From Candidatus Bathyarchaeia archaeon (GTDB taxonomy: Archaea > Thermoproteota > Bathyarchaeia > 40CM-2-53-6), in assembly GCA_049517415.1 (NCBI GenBank), contig JBEKSC010000014.1:1-64000 (forward strand): a DNA stretch of 64,000 nucleotides. The letters run 5' to 3'. The notes under the pieces were generated by a model. That model searched no databases. It was not told the DNA's origin and was given only the letters and a program-made list of their open reading frames with translations. Positions 10,137 to 19,045 of the stretch are shown piece by piece (the stretch's first letter is position 1; each line of letters opens with the position of its first letter). The translations under genes and the position numbers were made by a program.

Positions 10137-10160
10137 GTGTCCCTAGGGTGTAACAGCACC
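10137..10160 (+). repeat. Orphan IS6-family right terminal inverted repeat (unit A)
   Basis: GTGTCCCTAGGGTGTAACAGCACC, 22/24 identical to the end at 11271-11294 and followed by the same CCTGCCTG. Confidence 0.8.
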
Positions 10161-10180
10161 CCTGCCTGGGTTGTGTTAGA

Positions 10181-10423
10181 GGTCAAGTTCACAATAACAA
10201 GATGGAACGCATGAACGGTGAGTTACGGGACAGGTAGAAGGTTGTTAGAGGCGTGAAGCGTGAAGATAACCCTTTGCTGACAGGACTTCAAATCTACCAC
10301 AACTACGTTCGACCACACATGGGCTTAGATGGCAAAACGCCTGCGGAAGTTGCAGGCATCAAAATTAACGGCGATGATAAGTGGCTAACCTTAATCCAAG
10401 CGGCAAGCAAGAAAAACGCCTAG
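10181..10423 (+). pseudogene. Transposase C-terminal fragment with an in-frame stop
   Basis: Translates GQVHNNKMERMNGELRDR*KVVRGVK...YHNYVRPHMGLDGKTPAEVAGI...KWLTLIQAAS, closely matching the C-terminus of 12349-13506; TAG at 10235-10237. Confidence 0.9.
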
Positions 10424-10425
10424 GC

Positions 10426-11217
10426 ATGGTAACCGTACTTCAACGCGCTAGGAAAGTTATTCGAGAGAACGGATATTCCGCCCTATCTTGGAAAATTCTC
10501 TGGAAGCTACCTATTCTACGCTCTCTAGTGCTTTGGCGATTCGCAGTCGCCACTAGAGACATAGGTGCCTTGGAAGATGCAATAGAGTTTGCTTTCTCAG
10601 GGCGATTCGGTGGGCTCATTCGACCTCTTCAAATCCGCAGTGAAATTCACAGCCTCTGCGAAATCGTTGCTGAACATGAACCGAACACAGTCCTTGAAAT
10701 TGGGACGGAGCGTTGCGGTACGCTTTTTCTGTTCAGCCGATTAGCAGCACCTAACGCATTGCTCATCAGTATTGATTTACCGAGAGAAGATTTGAAACCT
10801 TGGAGATCGCTCTGTGAACATCTTGGGAGGCGGGACCAAAAGATTTCTCTCATAGATGGTGATTCCCACGATAACGCTACAGTAGAAAAGCTCCATCAAG
10901 TTCTGGGAGACCGAAAGGTTGACTTTCTGTTCATTGACGGAGACCATTCCTATGACGGTGTGAAGGAGGATTTTGCGACCTATTTCCTATTCATGGAGAA
11001 ACACGGCATAGTGGCCTTCCATGACATTAACCCTGATTACTGGATGAGGTTTGGACAACGGACAGGTCCATGTGGAGGAGAGGTCTACCGGTTCTGGGAT
11101 GAGATAAAGAATCGATTCAAACATGTTGAGTTCATAGACGATTCTGCCCAAGACGGTTATGGCATTGGTATTCTATGGGGTTGTCACAGTGCGCCGAAAA
11201 ACGACGACCAAACGTAG
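10426..11217 (+). CDS. Class I SAM-dependent methyltransferase (Methyltransf_24 type)
   Basis: VLEIGT, LISIDL, IDGDSH, DFLFIDGDHSYDGVKEDF, GIVAFHDI; ATG two nucleotides after the stop of the transposase fragment. Confidence 0.85.
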   Translation: MVTVLQRARKVIRENGYSALSWKILWKLPILRSLVLWRFAVATRDIGALEDAIEFAFSGRFGGLIRPLQIRSEIHSLCEIVAEHEPNTVLEIGTERCGTLFLFSRLAAPNALLISIDLPREDLKPWRSLCEHLGRRDQKISLIDGDSHDNATVEKLHQVLGDRKVDFLFIDGDHSYDGVKEDFATYFLFMEKHGIVAFHDINPDYWMRFGQRTGPCGGEVYRFWDEIKNRFKHVEFIDDSAQDGYGIGILWGCHSAPKNDDQT

Positions 11218-11409
11218 ACATTACGTTACCATCTAAACGCTCATGTCCCGATTTGTAACACCGTTTTCACATGTCCCTAGGGTGTAACAGAACCCCTGCC
11301 TGAAGGCTTTGTTGCGTTCTTGGGACACAACCAAGGGCGTTGCAAAGCGGGACATGGCAGGCGTCATACTGGAGGCATGTTAAATGCCCAAAGAGAGTGA
11401 GGGTGAACT

Positions 11410-12129
11410 ATGCACATCCCCAAGTTAGTGCAAGCGATTGCTACGACAATCAGCTCTGTCATAGACCTTCTTGTGCTCTTGGACCTCTTGGGCTTTATTC
11501 AAACGCCTATCTTTCACGGGGCTGAAATTGTAACGACAAACTCTCAATACTTCATACTCTTGGCTCTAGTAATCTTCGGTTTGCTCACATTTTGGCTTGG
11601 CTATCAGTTTAGTACATGGCGAAATAGAGACTTCATTAACAAAGAAAAGGAGAACTTGACAAAGCCAAACGCCGGTCAATTACAAGTTGCAGAAGTACGG
11701 TTTCCTTATGGGTTGAAAACAGGGAGTACAAGCGCCACGATTTCAGTAACCGATAAACCGCCAATTGAGATAGATGATTTCAGAAACGGTGTTGCAACTG
11801 AGGTGCGTTCCATTTTGACGCTGTTCTCAGACCCCTTACAGCATTGGAACATCACGTATCCGATTTGGTCTAGCAAGGCCGACGCATCAAGGGCAGCACT
11901 ACTCGGCATACAGGATTATTTTGTATTGAGACTCTTATATGACGCAATAGAGGGTCGAAACAGGTACTTCGCTGGGAGGCTCGGTATGGATGTTGAAGAA
12001 CTAGAGCCTCTAAACCTGACCTGCGTTAAGGCGTTTTCGCGGGCGTACAGCGAAGTTTCTTGGCTCAAAACCGAATCCTACATTGATTCTCTGCTCGCGA
12101 AAGCTAGGAAAGCTGTAGGTTTGCGCTAG
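11410..12129 (+). CDS. Hypothetical protein with two N-terminal TM helices (passenger of unit C)
   Basis: 239-aa ORF inside the TIRs; two hydrophobic segments followed by a soluble domain; no recognised motif. Confidence 0.65.
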   Translation: MHIPKLVQAIATTISSVIDLLVLLDLLGFIQTPIFHGAEIVTTNSQYFILLALVIFGLLTFWLGYQFSTWRNRDFINKEKENLTKPNAGQLQVAEVRFPYGLKTGSTSATISVTDKPPIEIDDFRNGVATEVRSILTLFSDPLQHWNITYPIWSSKADASRAALLGIQDYFVLRLLYDAIEGRNRYFAGRLGMDVEELEPLNLTCVKAFSRAYSEVSWLKTESYIDSLLAKARKAVGLR

Positions 12130-12263
12130 GTGTCTTTCGTTTTGAAGTATTCTCCTAGTACGGCTCTTACTGCTTCGGGTATAGATTCCAGTTTTCGTGC
12201 CTTACGTTCTTGTTCTAGGGCTTTCACCATTTCGTCTGACATGGCTACCATTATTTTGTTCAT
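12126..12263 (-). CDS. Small ribbon-helix-helix (CopG-like) DNA-binding protein, absent from the ORF track
   Basis: Hand translation MNKIMVAMSDEMVKALEQERKARKLESIPEAVRAVLGEYFKTKDT (45 aa): alternating beta strand, helix, S-x-x-E-x-V-R helix; divergent from the transposase. Confidence 0.7.
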   Translation of the reverse strand: MNKIMVAMSDEMVKALEQERKARKLESIPEAVRAVLGEYFKTKDT

Positions 12264-12348
12264 TGCCAAGGTTGATTCGCTACCATTGTATAGCGATAGC
12301 AACCCTTATAGCTTTTGGCTGTGTATAGCGATGTGTAGCGATTGGTAT

Positions 12349-13506
12349 ATGGCAACTGTGATAGTAACCCGCGAGGAACGGGGAAGAATGATTGCCGAAC
12401 AAGCAAACCAAGTCCAAAGGCTAGATGAACGAAACTACAAGGTCAATTCTCAGAGCCGTGAAATTAGCTATGATGTTGTACGTAGCGATAAGTTCGCTAT
12501 GCGTTGGGTTTGCACTTGCCCCGACTGGCAGTTTCGCCAAGTCAAATGCAAGCACATTTGGGCGGTTGAGTTCTCCGAAGCGTTGAGGAACAAGGTTAAG
12601 CAGAATGTCGTGATTGAGCCATTAAGCCCAAGCGTATGCCCCTACTGCGCTTCAAATCAGCTAGTTCGACACGGGTTAAGACATAACAAGTATGGCGATC
12701 TTCAAAGATTCACATGCCGAAGTTGCCGAAAACGGTTCTCTCAGAACTTAGGCTTCGAGGGGATGAAAGCTAACCCTCAGTCTATCACTTCGGCTATGCA
12801 ACTTTACTTCACGGGCGAGAGCCTAAGAAACGTACAGAAGTTTCTACGGTTGCAAGGAGTCGAAGTTCATTACACGACTGTTTATCGTTGGATTCAGAAA
12901 TATGTCGAAATCATGGGACACTACTTAGAACAAATGCAACCACAGGTAGGAAACACTTGGCGAGCCGATGAACTATTCCTGAAAGTGCACGGCGATATGA
13001 AGTACCTGTATGCGCTCATGGACGATGAAACCCGCTTCTGGATTGCCAAAGAAGTCTCAGACACTAAGTACCATGCTGATGTTCAAGACCTATTCAAACA
13101 AGGCCGAAAAATTGCTGGCAAGGCACCATTCCACATAATCACTGATGGAGCAAGGAACTTTCATGCGGGAATTGAGAGCGAGTTTTGGAGAGAGAAGAAA
13201 CAACTTGCGCTAGTGCATGAGCGTGATATACGCTTTGGTGGGGAAATTCACAACAATAAGATGGAACGGATGAACGGAGAAATTAGGGACAGGGAAAAGG
13301 TTGTTAGAGGCGTAAAGAAACCCGATAGCCCTCTAATCGAAGGCTATCAAATCTATCACAACTACGTACGACCACACATGGCACTTGACGGTCAAACCCC
13401 AACCGATAGAGCGGGTATCGAAATTCAAGGTGGTGACAAGTGGCTGACCCTAATCCAAGCGGCAAGCCGTGTCCCGAAAAGCAACGAGAAAAGGCGTGTC
13501 CCATGA
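12349..13506 (+). CDS. IS6-type DDE transposase with N-terminal SWIM zinc finger and Zn ribbon
   Basis: CTCPD..CKHIWAV (SWIM), CPYC..CRSC, HTH SLRNVQKFL..TTVYRW, WRADE, ITDG, NNKMER; ATG at 12349. Confidence 0.9.
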   Translation: MATVIVTREERGRMIAEQANQVQRLDERNYKVNSQSREISYDVVRSDKFAMRWVCTCPDWQFRQVKCKHIWAVEFSEALRNKVKQNVVIEPLSPSVCPYCASNQLVRHGLRHNKYGDLQRFTCRSCRKRFSQNLGFEGMKANPQSITSAMQLYFTGESLRNVQKFLRLQGVEVHYTTVYRWIQKYVEIMGHYLEQMQPQVGNTWRADELFLKVHGDMKYLYALMDDETRFWIAKEVSDTKYHADVQDLFKQGRKIAGKAPFHIITDGARNFHAGIESEFWREKKQLALVHERDIRFGGEIHNNKMERMNGEIRDREKVVRGVKKPDSPLIEGYQIYHNYVRPHMALDGQTPTDRAGIEIQGGDKWLTLIQAASRVPKSNEKRRVP

Positions 13507-13522
13507 ACGCAACAGAACCTGC

Positions 13523-13537
13523 CTGAAATTTTATATA
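13523..13537 (+). promoter_or_regulatory. Predicted BRE/TATA box of the thermosome gene
   Basis: CTGAAAT followed by TTTATATA (13530-13537), about 40 nt upstream of the start codon. Confidence 0.6.
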
Positions 13538-13578
13538 GGGGGGATTTTTACCTGCAGTAACAAAATCGGTGTAGTGTG

Positions 13579-15243
13579 ATGTCGGAACAAAGTGTACCTG
13601 TCATAATATTGAAGGAAGGAACTCAACGAACTCAAGGTAGAGACGCGCAACGAAACAATATCCTTGCAGCCAAGGTCGTTGCTCAAACGGTCAGGACAAC
13701 CCTGGGGCCACGCGGAATGGACAAGATGCTCGTCAGCGGGATGGGAGACGTTGTCATCACAAATGACGGCGCCACGATCATGAAAGAACTCGATATCCAG
13801 CACCCCGCGGCGAAGATGCTTGTCGAAGTTGCAAAAACACAAGATAACGAGGTAGGTGATGGAACCACAACGGCAGTACTCCTAACTGGCGAATTACTCG
13901 ACAAGGCCGAGAAACTCTTAGACAGAGAAGTGCACCCCACTATGATTGTTGAAGGCTACAAGAAGGCGGCGGAACAGGCGAAGGATATTCTTGAGGCGAT
14001 CTGTGAGAAGATCAACACGGAGGATGCGGAAACTCTCACGAGGATTGCAATGACGGCGATGAGCACCAAGGGGGTAACGGGTGCGAAGGACCATCTAGCA
14101 AAGATAGCAGTCGAGGCAGCACTTCAAATCAAGGAAACGAGGGACGGCAAGACGAAGGTTGACGTTGACCTCGTCAAGGTATTGAAGAAACATGGTAAGA
14201 GCTTGGAAGAAACGGAGCTCGTTCGCGGCATAGTGATCGACAAGGAAGTTGCTCATCCCCAAATGCCCAAGCGCACCGAAAACGCCAAGATTGCCCTACT
14301 CAACGCGAAGCTCGAAATCGAGAAAACCGAGTTCGACGCGAAGATCAACATCGACAGTCCGAATCAAATGAAACTCTTCCTGGATGAAGAGGAACGTATG
14401 CTCAAGGAAATGGTTGATGATGTCGTAAAGAGCGGCGCTAACTTCGTATTCTGCGAAAAATCCATCGACGATATGGTGCTTCACTTTCTCTCAAAGAAGG
14501 GGATTGCAGCAGTGAAGAACGTGAGCAGCGGTGATATGGAGAAACTCTCCAAGGCGACGGGCGCCAAAATCGTAGCGAACCTCAAGGACCTAGGGAAGGA
14601 ATCCCTTGGTGAAGCCAAGGTGATCGAGGAGGCCAAGATCGGCGATGACAAACTAACCTACATAAGGGATGCTAAGAATCCGATGGCTGTGACGATTGTT
14701 ATTCGAGGAGGAACTGAGCATGTTGTGGACGAGGCTGAACGTTCCCTCCACGACGCTCTATGCGTAATTCGGGACGCGATCGAGGATGGGAAGATAGTGG
14801 CTGGCGGAGGCGCGGCTGAAGCCGAGACCGCCAAGCAACTACGCGGCTACGCAGTCAAGGTCGGTGGCCGTGAGCAATTGGCCATAGAGGCGTTCGCAGA
14901 TGCCGTCGAAAGCGTACCCCTAGCCCTCGCTGAGAACGCTGGCCTAGACCCAATCGACATTATGGTAGCTTTGCGCGCCAAGCATGAGAGCCCTGAGAAC
15001 CGCTGGTACGGCGTCGACGTCTTCTCCGGCGAAGTTAGAGACACACGCAGCTTAAACGTGATCGAGCCGCTGCGCGTGAAACTGCAAGTTATCAAGTCCG
15101 CTACTGAAGCAGCATCAATGATTCTGCGCATCGATGATGTCGTGGCCTCCAAGGGAGGCGGGGGAGGTGGACCACCCATGCCCCCAGGCGGCGGAATGCC
15201 CGGCGGCATGCCTGGTGGAATGCCTGGCGGAGACGAGTACTAA
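13579..15243 (+). CDS. ths: Thermosome subunit (canonical group II chaperonin)
   Basis: [33 protein letters not shown]-terminal GGMP repeats. Confidence 0.97.
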   Translation: MSEQSVPVIILKEGTQRTQGRDAQRNNILAAKVVAQTVRTTLGPRGMDKMLVSGMGDVVITNDGATIMKELDIQHPAAKMLVEVAKTQDNEVGDGTTTAVLLTGELLDKAEKLLDREVHPTMIVEGYKKAAEQAKDILEAICEKINTEDAETLTRIAMTAMSTKGVTGAKDHLAKIAVEAALQIKETRDGKTKVDVDLVKVLKKHGKSLEETELVRGIVIDKEVAHPQMPKRTENAKIALLNAKLEIEKTEFDAKINIDSPNQMKLFLDEEERMLKEMVDDVVKSGANFVFCEKSIDDMVLHFLSKKGIAAVKNVSSGDMEKLSKATGAKIVANLKDLGKESLGEAKVIEEAKIGDDKLTYIRDAKNPMAVTIVIRGGTEHVVDEAERSLHDALCVIRDAIEDGKIVAGGGAAEAETAKQLRGYAVKVGGREQLAIEAFADAVESVPLALAENAGLDPIDIMVALRAKHESPENRWYGVDVFSGEVRDTRSLNVIEPLRVKLQVIKSATEAASMILRIDDVVASKGGGGGGPPMPPGGGMPGGMPGGMPGGDEY

Positions 15244-15314
15244 ACCCCTCCTCCCGTTTTTTCTCCATCTCCATCAACCTAAGTAGGAAGAACGCCATCC
15301 TCCACTTTCCCTAC

Positions 15315-16448
15315 TTGGGGAAAGTTCACTTGTCCCATCCTCCGGAACCAGTTATACTCGTAGCTTCAGCCGAATTCGCGTTGAAGAGTTCCCCCGTTAG
15401 GCGCACCTTAGAGGAACGCCTAGTAGATGATCTTAGATTTGCTCTCTCTCGCGCTGGTTTCACAGGGTTCCGGGTTGAGAAACATGCCGCTAGGCTGGTG
15501 GTACACGGCTTAAAGACGATGAGAGAGGCTGAGGATGGCGCCAAGTCATGCAGCGGGGTCTTCGGTGTAGCTTACGCTGCACCAGCGACCCTGCTGTCCG
15601 CTTCATTGGAGTCCGTACTCCAATCGGTCGTGGAACTCGCGAACGAGCAATTACGATCGGGGCAATCATTCGCGATTCGGGCTCACCGGTCAGAGTCAGG
15701 GTCCTTGTCTCGTCGTGAGGTTGAACTGAAGGGTGGGTCTGAAGTCCTCCTCGCTTTGAAGGGCAAAGGTGTCACAGTTGACTTGGAGGCTCCTGATGTT
15801 ACGATTCATGTTGACCTCGTAGGCGAAGATGCCTATCTCTATGGTGAGAGGTTGGAGGGACCTGGCGGGCTCCCTCTGTCTGCGCAATGGAAGATGCTGG
15901 CAGTTTTGGATTCGGGGCCTCTCACGCTTCTCGCAGCCTATGCAATGATGCGGAGAGGATGCCTGGCACACTTATTCATCCCACTTTCAAACGTCAACCC
16001 AGCCTTCGCGACTGAGAATCAACTAGCCCTCGCACGAAACCTGCGACGGCTCGTAACCCGCCCAAATTACAAGGCATACACTTCCAACTGTGACCAGCTC
16101 ATCGAAGATATCCCCAAAGGACAACCGAATCAATCAACGGCGAAATTCCTCGTAAGGTTGGCGGCCGCCAAGTTTGCCGAAGAAAAAAGATTCAAAGGAA
16201 TAATCTTCGCAGACATCGCAGGCGAAATCGCATTAGCTGAAACGCTAAAGGCCACAGCGCCAAACGTAACGGTTTTCACCCCACTAATAGGTTTGACAAA
16301 AGAAGACCTATCGGAGATGGCCAGTTTGGCAGGCATCTCAAGGATTGAGTCATTACTTGAGGAGGTTTCCGAACCTTGGATACAGCCCTCAGCGGCCGAG
16401 GCCTCGAAGCATATTGACCAAGTTCGGGTGGAACAGATATCTCTCTAG
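15315..16448 (+). CDS. ThiI-like THUMP-domain protein with a degenerate PP-loop
   Basis: EFALKS..VR, VFGV, SFAIRAHR, VDLEAPD, GPGGLP, MMRRGC, PLIGLTKEDL; the SGGxDS motif is replaced by DSGPLT. Confidence 0.75.
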   Translation: MGKVHLSHPPEPVILVASAEFALKSSPVRRTLEERLVDDLRFALSRAGFTGFRVEKHAARLVVHGLKTMREAEDGAKSCSGVFGVAYAAPATLLSASLESVLQSVVELANEQLRSGQSFAIRAHRSESGSLSRREVELKGGSEVLLALKGKGVTVDLEAPDVTIHVDLVGEDAYLYGERLEGPGGLPLSAQWKMLAVLDSGPLTLLAAYAMMRRGCLAHLFIPLSNVNPAFATENQLALARNLRRLVTRPNYKAYTSNCDQLIEDIPKGQPNQSTAKFLVRLAAAKFAEEKRFKGIIFADIAGEIALAETLKATAPNVTVFTPLIGLTKEDLSEMASLAGISRIESLLEEVSEPWIQPSAAEASKHIDQVRVEQISL

Positions 16449-16543
16449 GTCTGCCGCGCGTGTTCCAAACTTCCCCGCGAGCCGGGCGGTTGTTCCCGAA
16501 GTACGGCAACGGTCTCGTAGCATCTACGGATGTTTCTCGATGG

Positions 16544-17611
16544 TTATAGCGGGAGCTGAACGTTGAAGCTGAATAACAGAATGACACGCGCGAGGAAGAC
16601 TGAACCGGGGATTAGGTAAGAAAGGAGGAATTTTACAGTTGAGCTCATGCTAAGGGGCCATTCTTTGAGTCGATCGGCCTCCTCCAAGAGCTTCAGGAGG
16701 TATGTGTTCTTCGAAGCTTTTTCAGCAGTAACGGTTGTGACACTCCCAGCAAGTCCCATTCTGCCGATCATTTGGTCTAATTCTAAGAACAACGACTGTT
16801 TCACGGGGAGCAGAATGGCTCGATAACCGAGGATCGGAAGGGCGAAAATCGCGGTCATACTGCTGACAGCGATAAGGAAGTCGAGTGACAGATACAATAT
16901 AATGAGCTGTGGTAGCTGTCTCAAAACATACGGATCGAAAGTGCTCAGGGTGCCAAAGGTTGCGACACTTCCCCATGCGACGGCAGGAATAATTGAAAGT
17001 GTTCCAAAAGATTCGAGCCCGTTCATTCTAGTATGGGAGGTTATCGGAAGCCTGAATCGCACCCGTTTTGACGCTAAGTATGAGTACCATGCAATACTCA
17101 CGCAAAGCCACAGAAAGCTGGCAACTACGAACCACCAAACGAATCCGACGAGCACGATGTCAACAACGCTGTACCACCATATTCGTCCCCACTCGAAGTA
17201 TGACAGAGCGACATGGTGTATTACCCCACCTGTAGAAACGACAAGAGCGAATAGCAGGCACCGTCGTTGATCAAAGGCCCTGTTCAAGAGCGTCAAAAGT
17301 TTTTGCCGCTCTGGGGAGGAAAGGAGCAGTGTTAGGTTTCGATACGCCGTGACGCCTTTGTTTCTGACCCACAAAGAGAGAATAGGCGCTAGAGCGACGG
17401 AGACTAAAAGAGCACTGATTTCTGCAGAGCGCTGCAGAGTTGACACATTTGCAGCGGCGTCTGCCGCCACAAAAGTGACACCCATGATTACAGCAAGTCC
17501 AGCTCCTGAAACCCATGCAGGCATTTTCAGATACCGAAAGAGTCTTTCAAAGTAGAGTGGATAGCTTTCTGATGCGTTGGGGTACTTCCGTCGCTTGAGG
17601 TCCATAGTCAT
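16544..17611 (-). CDS. Hypothetical polytopic membrane protein
   Basis: About seven hydrophobic segments; directly downstream of the glycosyltransferase. Confidence 0.65.
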   Translation of the reverse strand: MTMDLKRRKYPNASESYPLYFERLFRYLKMPAWVSGAGLAVIMGVTFVAADAAANVSTLQRSAEISALLVSVALAPILSLWVRNKGVTAYRNLTLLLSSPERQKLLTLLNRAFDQRRCLLFALVVSTGGVIHHVALSYFEWGRIWWYSVVDIVLVGFVWWFVVASFLWLCVSIAWYSYLASKRVRFRLPITSHTRMNGLESFGTLSIIPAVAWGSVATFGTLSTFDPYVLRQLPQLIILYLSLDFLIAVSSMTAIFALPILGYRAILLPVKQSLFLELDQMIGRMGLAGSVTTVTAEKASKNTYLLKLLEEADRLKEWPLSMSSTVKFLLSYLIPGSVFLARVILLFSFNVQLPL

Positions 17612-17614
17612 TTC

Positions 17615-18850
17615 CTACGGTTGATGGGCGACCAGACGTTCGATGATTCCTCTGCATTGTGTGGTCGCATCAAATCCTCGTGCTACTCGTGCGACACGTG
17701 TAGCTTTTCGAGAGTAATATGGATCACGAAGTATAAGTGTGATGGCTCCCCGGAGTGATTTGATTGACAAACTATCCTGATCGAGTACAATGGCCCCCCC
17801 GATTGAGTGTGCGCTAGTCGCGTTAGCGAGTTGCTCAGTCTGGAATGGGGTAGGAATTAACAGTAGAGGTTTTCCGAGCATCATAACTTTCAGGATAGTG
17901 CCGTGACCAGCCCGAGAGATTACGGTATCGCAAGCGCGGAAGAAGTCATCTTGGTTGTCAGTCCACTGAAAGACAGTGGCGCTGCCCACACGTTTAGGGT
18001 TGGTTTTTCCTGCAGGGTTGCCGCAGGTGACGACAACATTGAATTCCGGGAGCTTGGTGAGCAAGGGAAGTAATTTTCTTACTAGAGGGGTTCTCTCGTG
18101 TTTTGGTCCGCTAACGGCCGCATATACAAGCTTCTTGCGTTTGTCGAGTCCATGCTTTTGACAGAGTGAGACTCTGTCGGTTTTCTTCCAAAAATTCGCG
18201 TCGACTATGGGGCCCACGAAGTGGACCTTGTGACGACGCATTCTTGGAATTGCAAGGTTGCTTCTCGATACAGTCAGTGGTGGTGGCAAGTCTGGGACAA
18301 CAATTGCGTTGCTCAGACACCAAAGCTCGCCTATTAGTACTCCAAAGAAAGTCCATCCAAGTCTTGCTATGAGTAAGAAGAGTTTGTCTTGCAATCCCTT
18401 GGTTGGGTACTGATTGTTGTGGATAAGGAGCACTCTGTATTGATTCAGGATTGTCATCACCGGTTTTCTTAGTAGACGCGCCGCTAAGACAGTTGAGAGG
18501 CGAGAATCCGAAACGATTATGTCGGGCGCGTACCGTCGAATGTTCTGAATTTCTCGAACAACCTGATGAAGGAATGTGTTTACACCAAGAGAAAAACCAC
18601 TGCTTGCAGATGTGGTCTTAAGATCCACACTTCCGTCCGAACGCACATGATAGGAGATTGGAATTGATTCAACTACTGGAAGTTTCTGTCTTCTGGCGAA
18701 GTCCAAACCATCGAGGTAAGTTGCGAACTGTATGCTGAAACCAGCTCGTGCAAGTTCCTTCGCGATCTCTTGGCATCGGATTATGTGGCCCAACCCGAGA
18801 CCATTGACAGCGATGTAAACCTTCAATGTAAATCGTCGTACCTCCCGCAT
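17615..18850 (-). CDS. GT-B glycosyltransferase (GT28 / MurG-like)
   Basis: NGLGLGH, PDIIVSD, FVGPI, ISRAGHGT, IPTPFQTEQLANA; start uncertain. Confidence 0.85.
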   Translation of the reverse strand: MREVRRFTLKVYIAVNGLGLGHIIRCQEIAKELARAGFSIQFATYLDGLDFARRQKLPVVESIPISYHVRSDGSVDLKTTSASSGFSLGVNTFLHQVVREIQNIRRYAPDIIVSDSRLSTVLAARLLRKPVMTILNQYRVLLIHNNQYPTKGLQDKLFLLIARLGWTFFGVLIGELWCLSNAIVVPDLPPPLTVSRSNLAIPRMRRHKVHFVGPIVDANFWKKTDRVSLCQKHGLDKRKKLVYAAVSGPKHERTPLVRKLLPLLTKLPEFNVVVTCGNPAGKTNPKRVGSATVFQWTDNQDDFFRACDTVISRAGHGTILKVMMLGKPLLLIPTPFQTEQLANATSAHSIGGAIVLDQDSLSIKSLRGAITLILRDPYYSRKATRVARVARGFDATTQCRGIIERLVAHQP

Positions 18851-19045
18851 ATCAACGTTCCAAGCCAAATGTGCTGAGTGGACAACTGTCTGAAGCTTCA
18901 TCAAGCTCGCGATTGCGCAAATCGAGAAACGGCAGAGCAGATCAATCCCGTTGCACAAATGGCCGGCGATCTGCGATTGGGCGCACTCGTGTTATGTGCC
19001 CTAAACGTATGCCGCAGGGCACCAAGTAGGCACGCAATCTCATTT

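Larger units (their letters stand above)
10169..11294 (+). mobile_element. Internally deleted, non-autonomous IS6-family element (unit B) carrying a methyltransferase passenger
   Basis: Flanked by the 8-bp direct repeat CCTGCCTG (10161-10168, 11295-11302); left tip GGTTGTGTTA; right end ATGTCCCTAGGGTGTAACAGAACC; contains a transposase tail. Confidence 0.8.
11305..13519 (+). mobile_element. Intact-looking IS6-family element (unit C, 2215 bp) with passenger gene, RHH regulator and DDE transposase
   Basis: 24-bp TIRs GGCTTTGTTGCGTTCTTGGGACAC (11305-11328) and GTGTCCCATGAACGCAACAGAACC (13496-13519), 3 mismatches; 8-bp TSD TGCCTGAA (11297-11304, 13520-13527). Confidence 0.9.

Noticed and set aside
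12130..12348. N-terminal 73 codons of the transposase ORF in the track
   Set aside because: They overlap the antisense RHH gene and the promoter spacer; recognisable transposase sequence begins at ATG 12349
15160..15232. GGC/ATG-rich tandem repeat
   Set aside because: Encodes the ordinary GGMP tail of the thermosome
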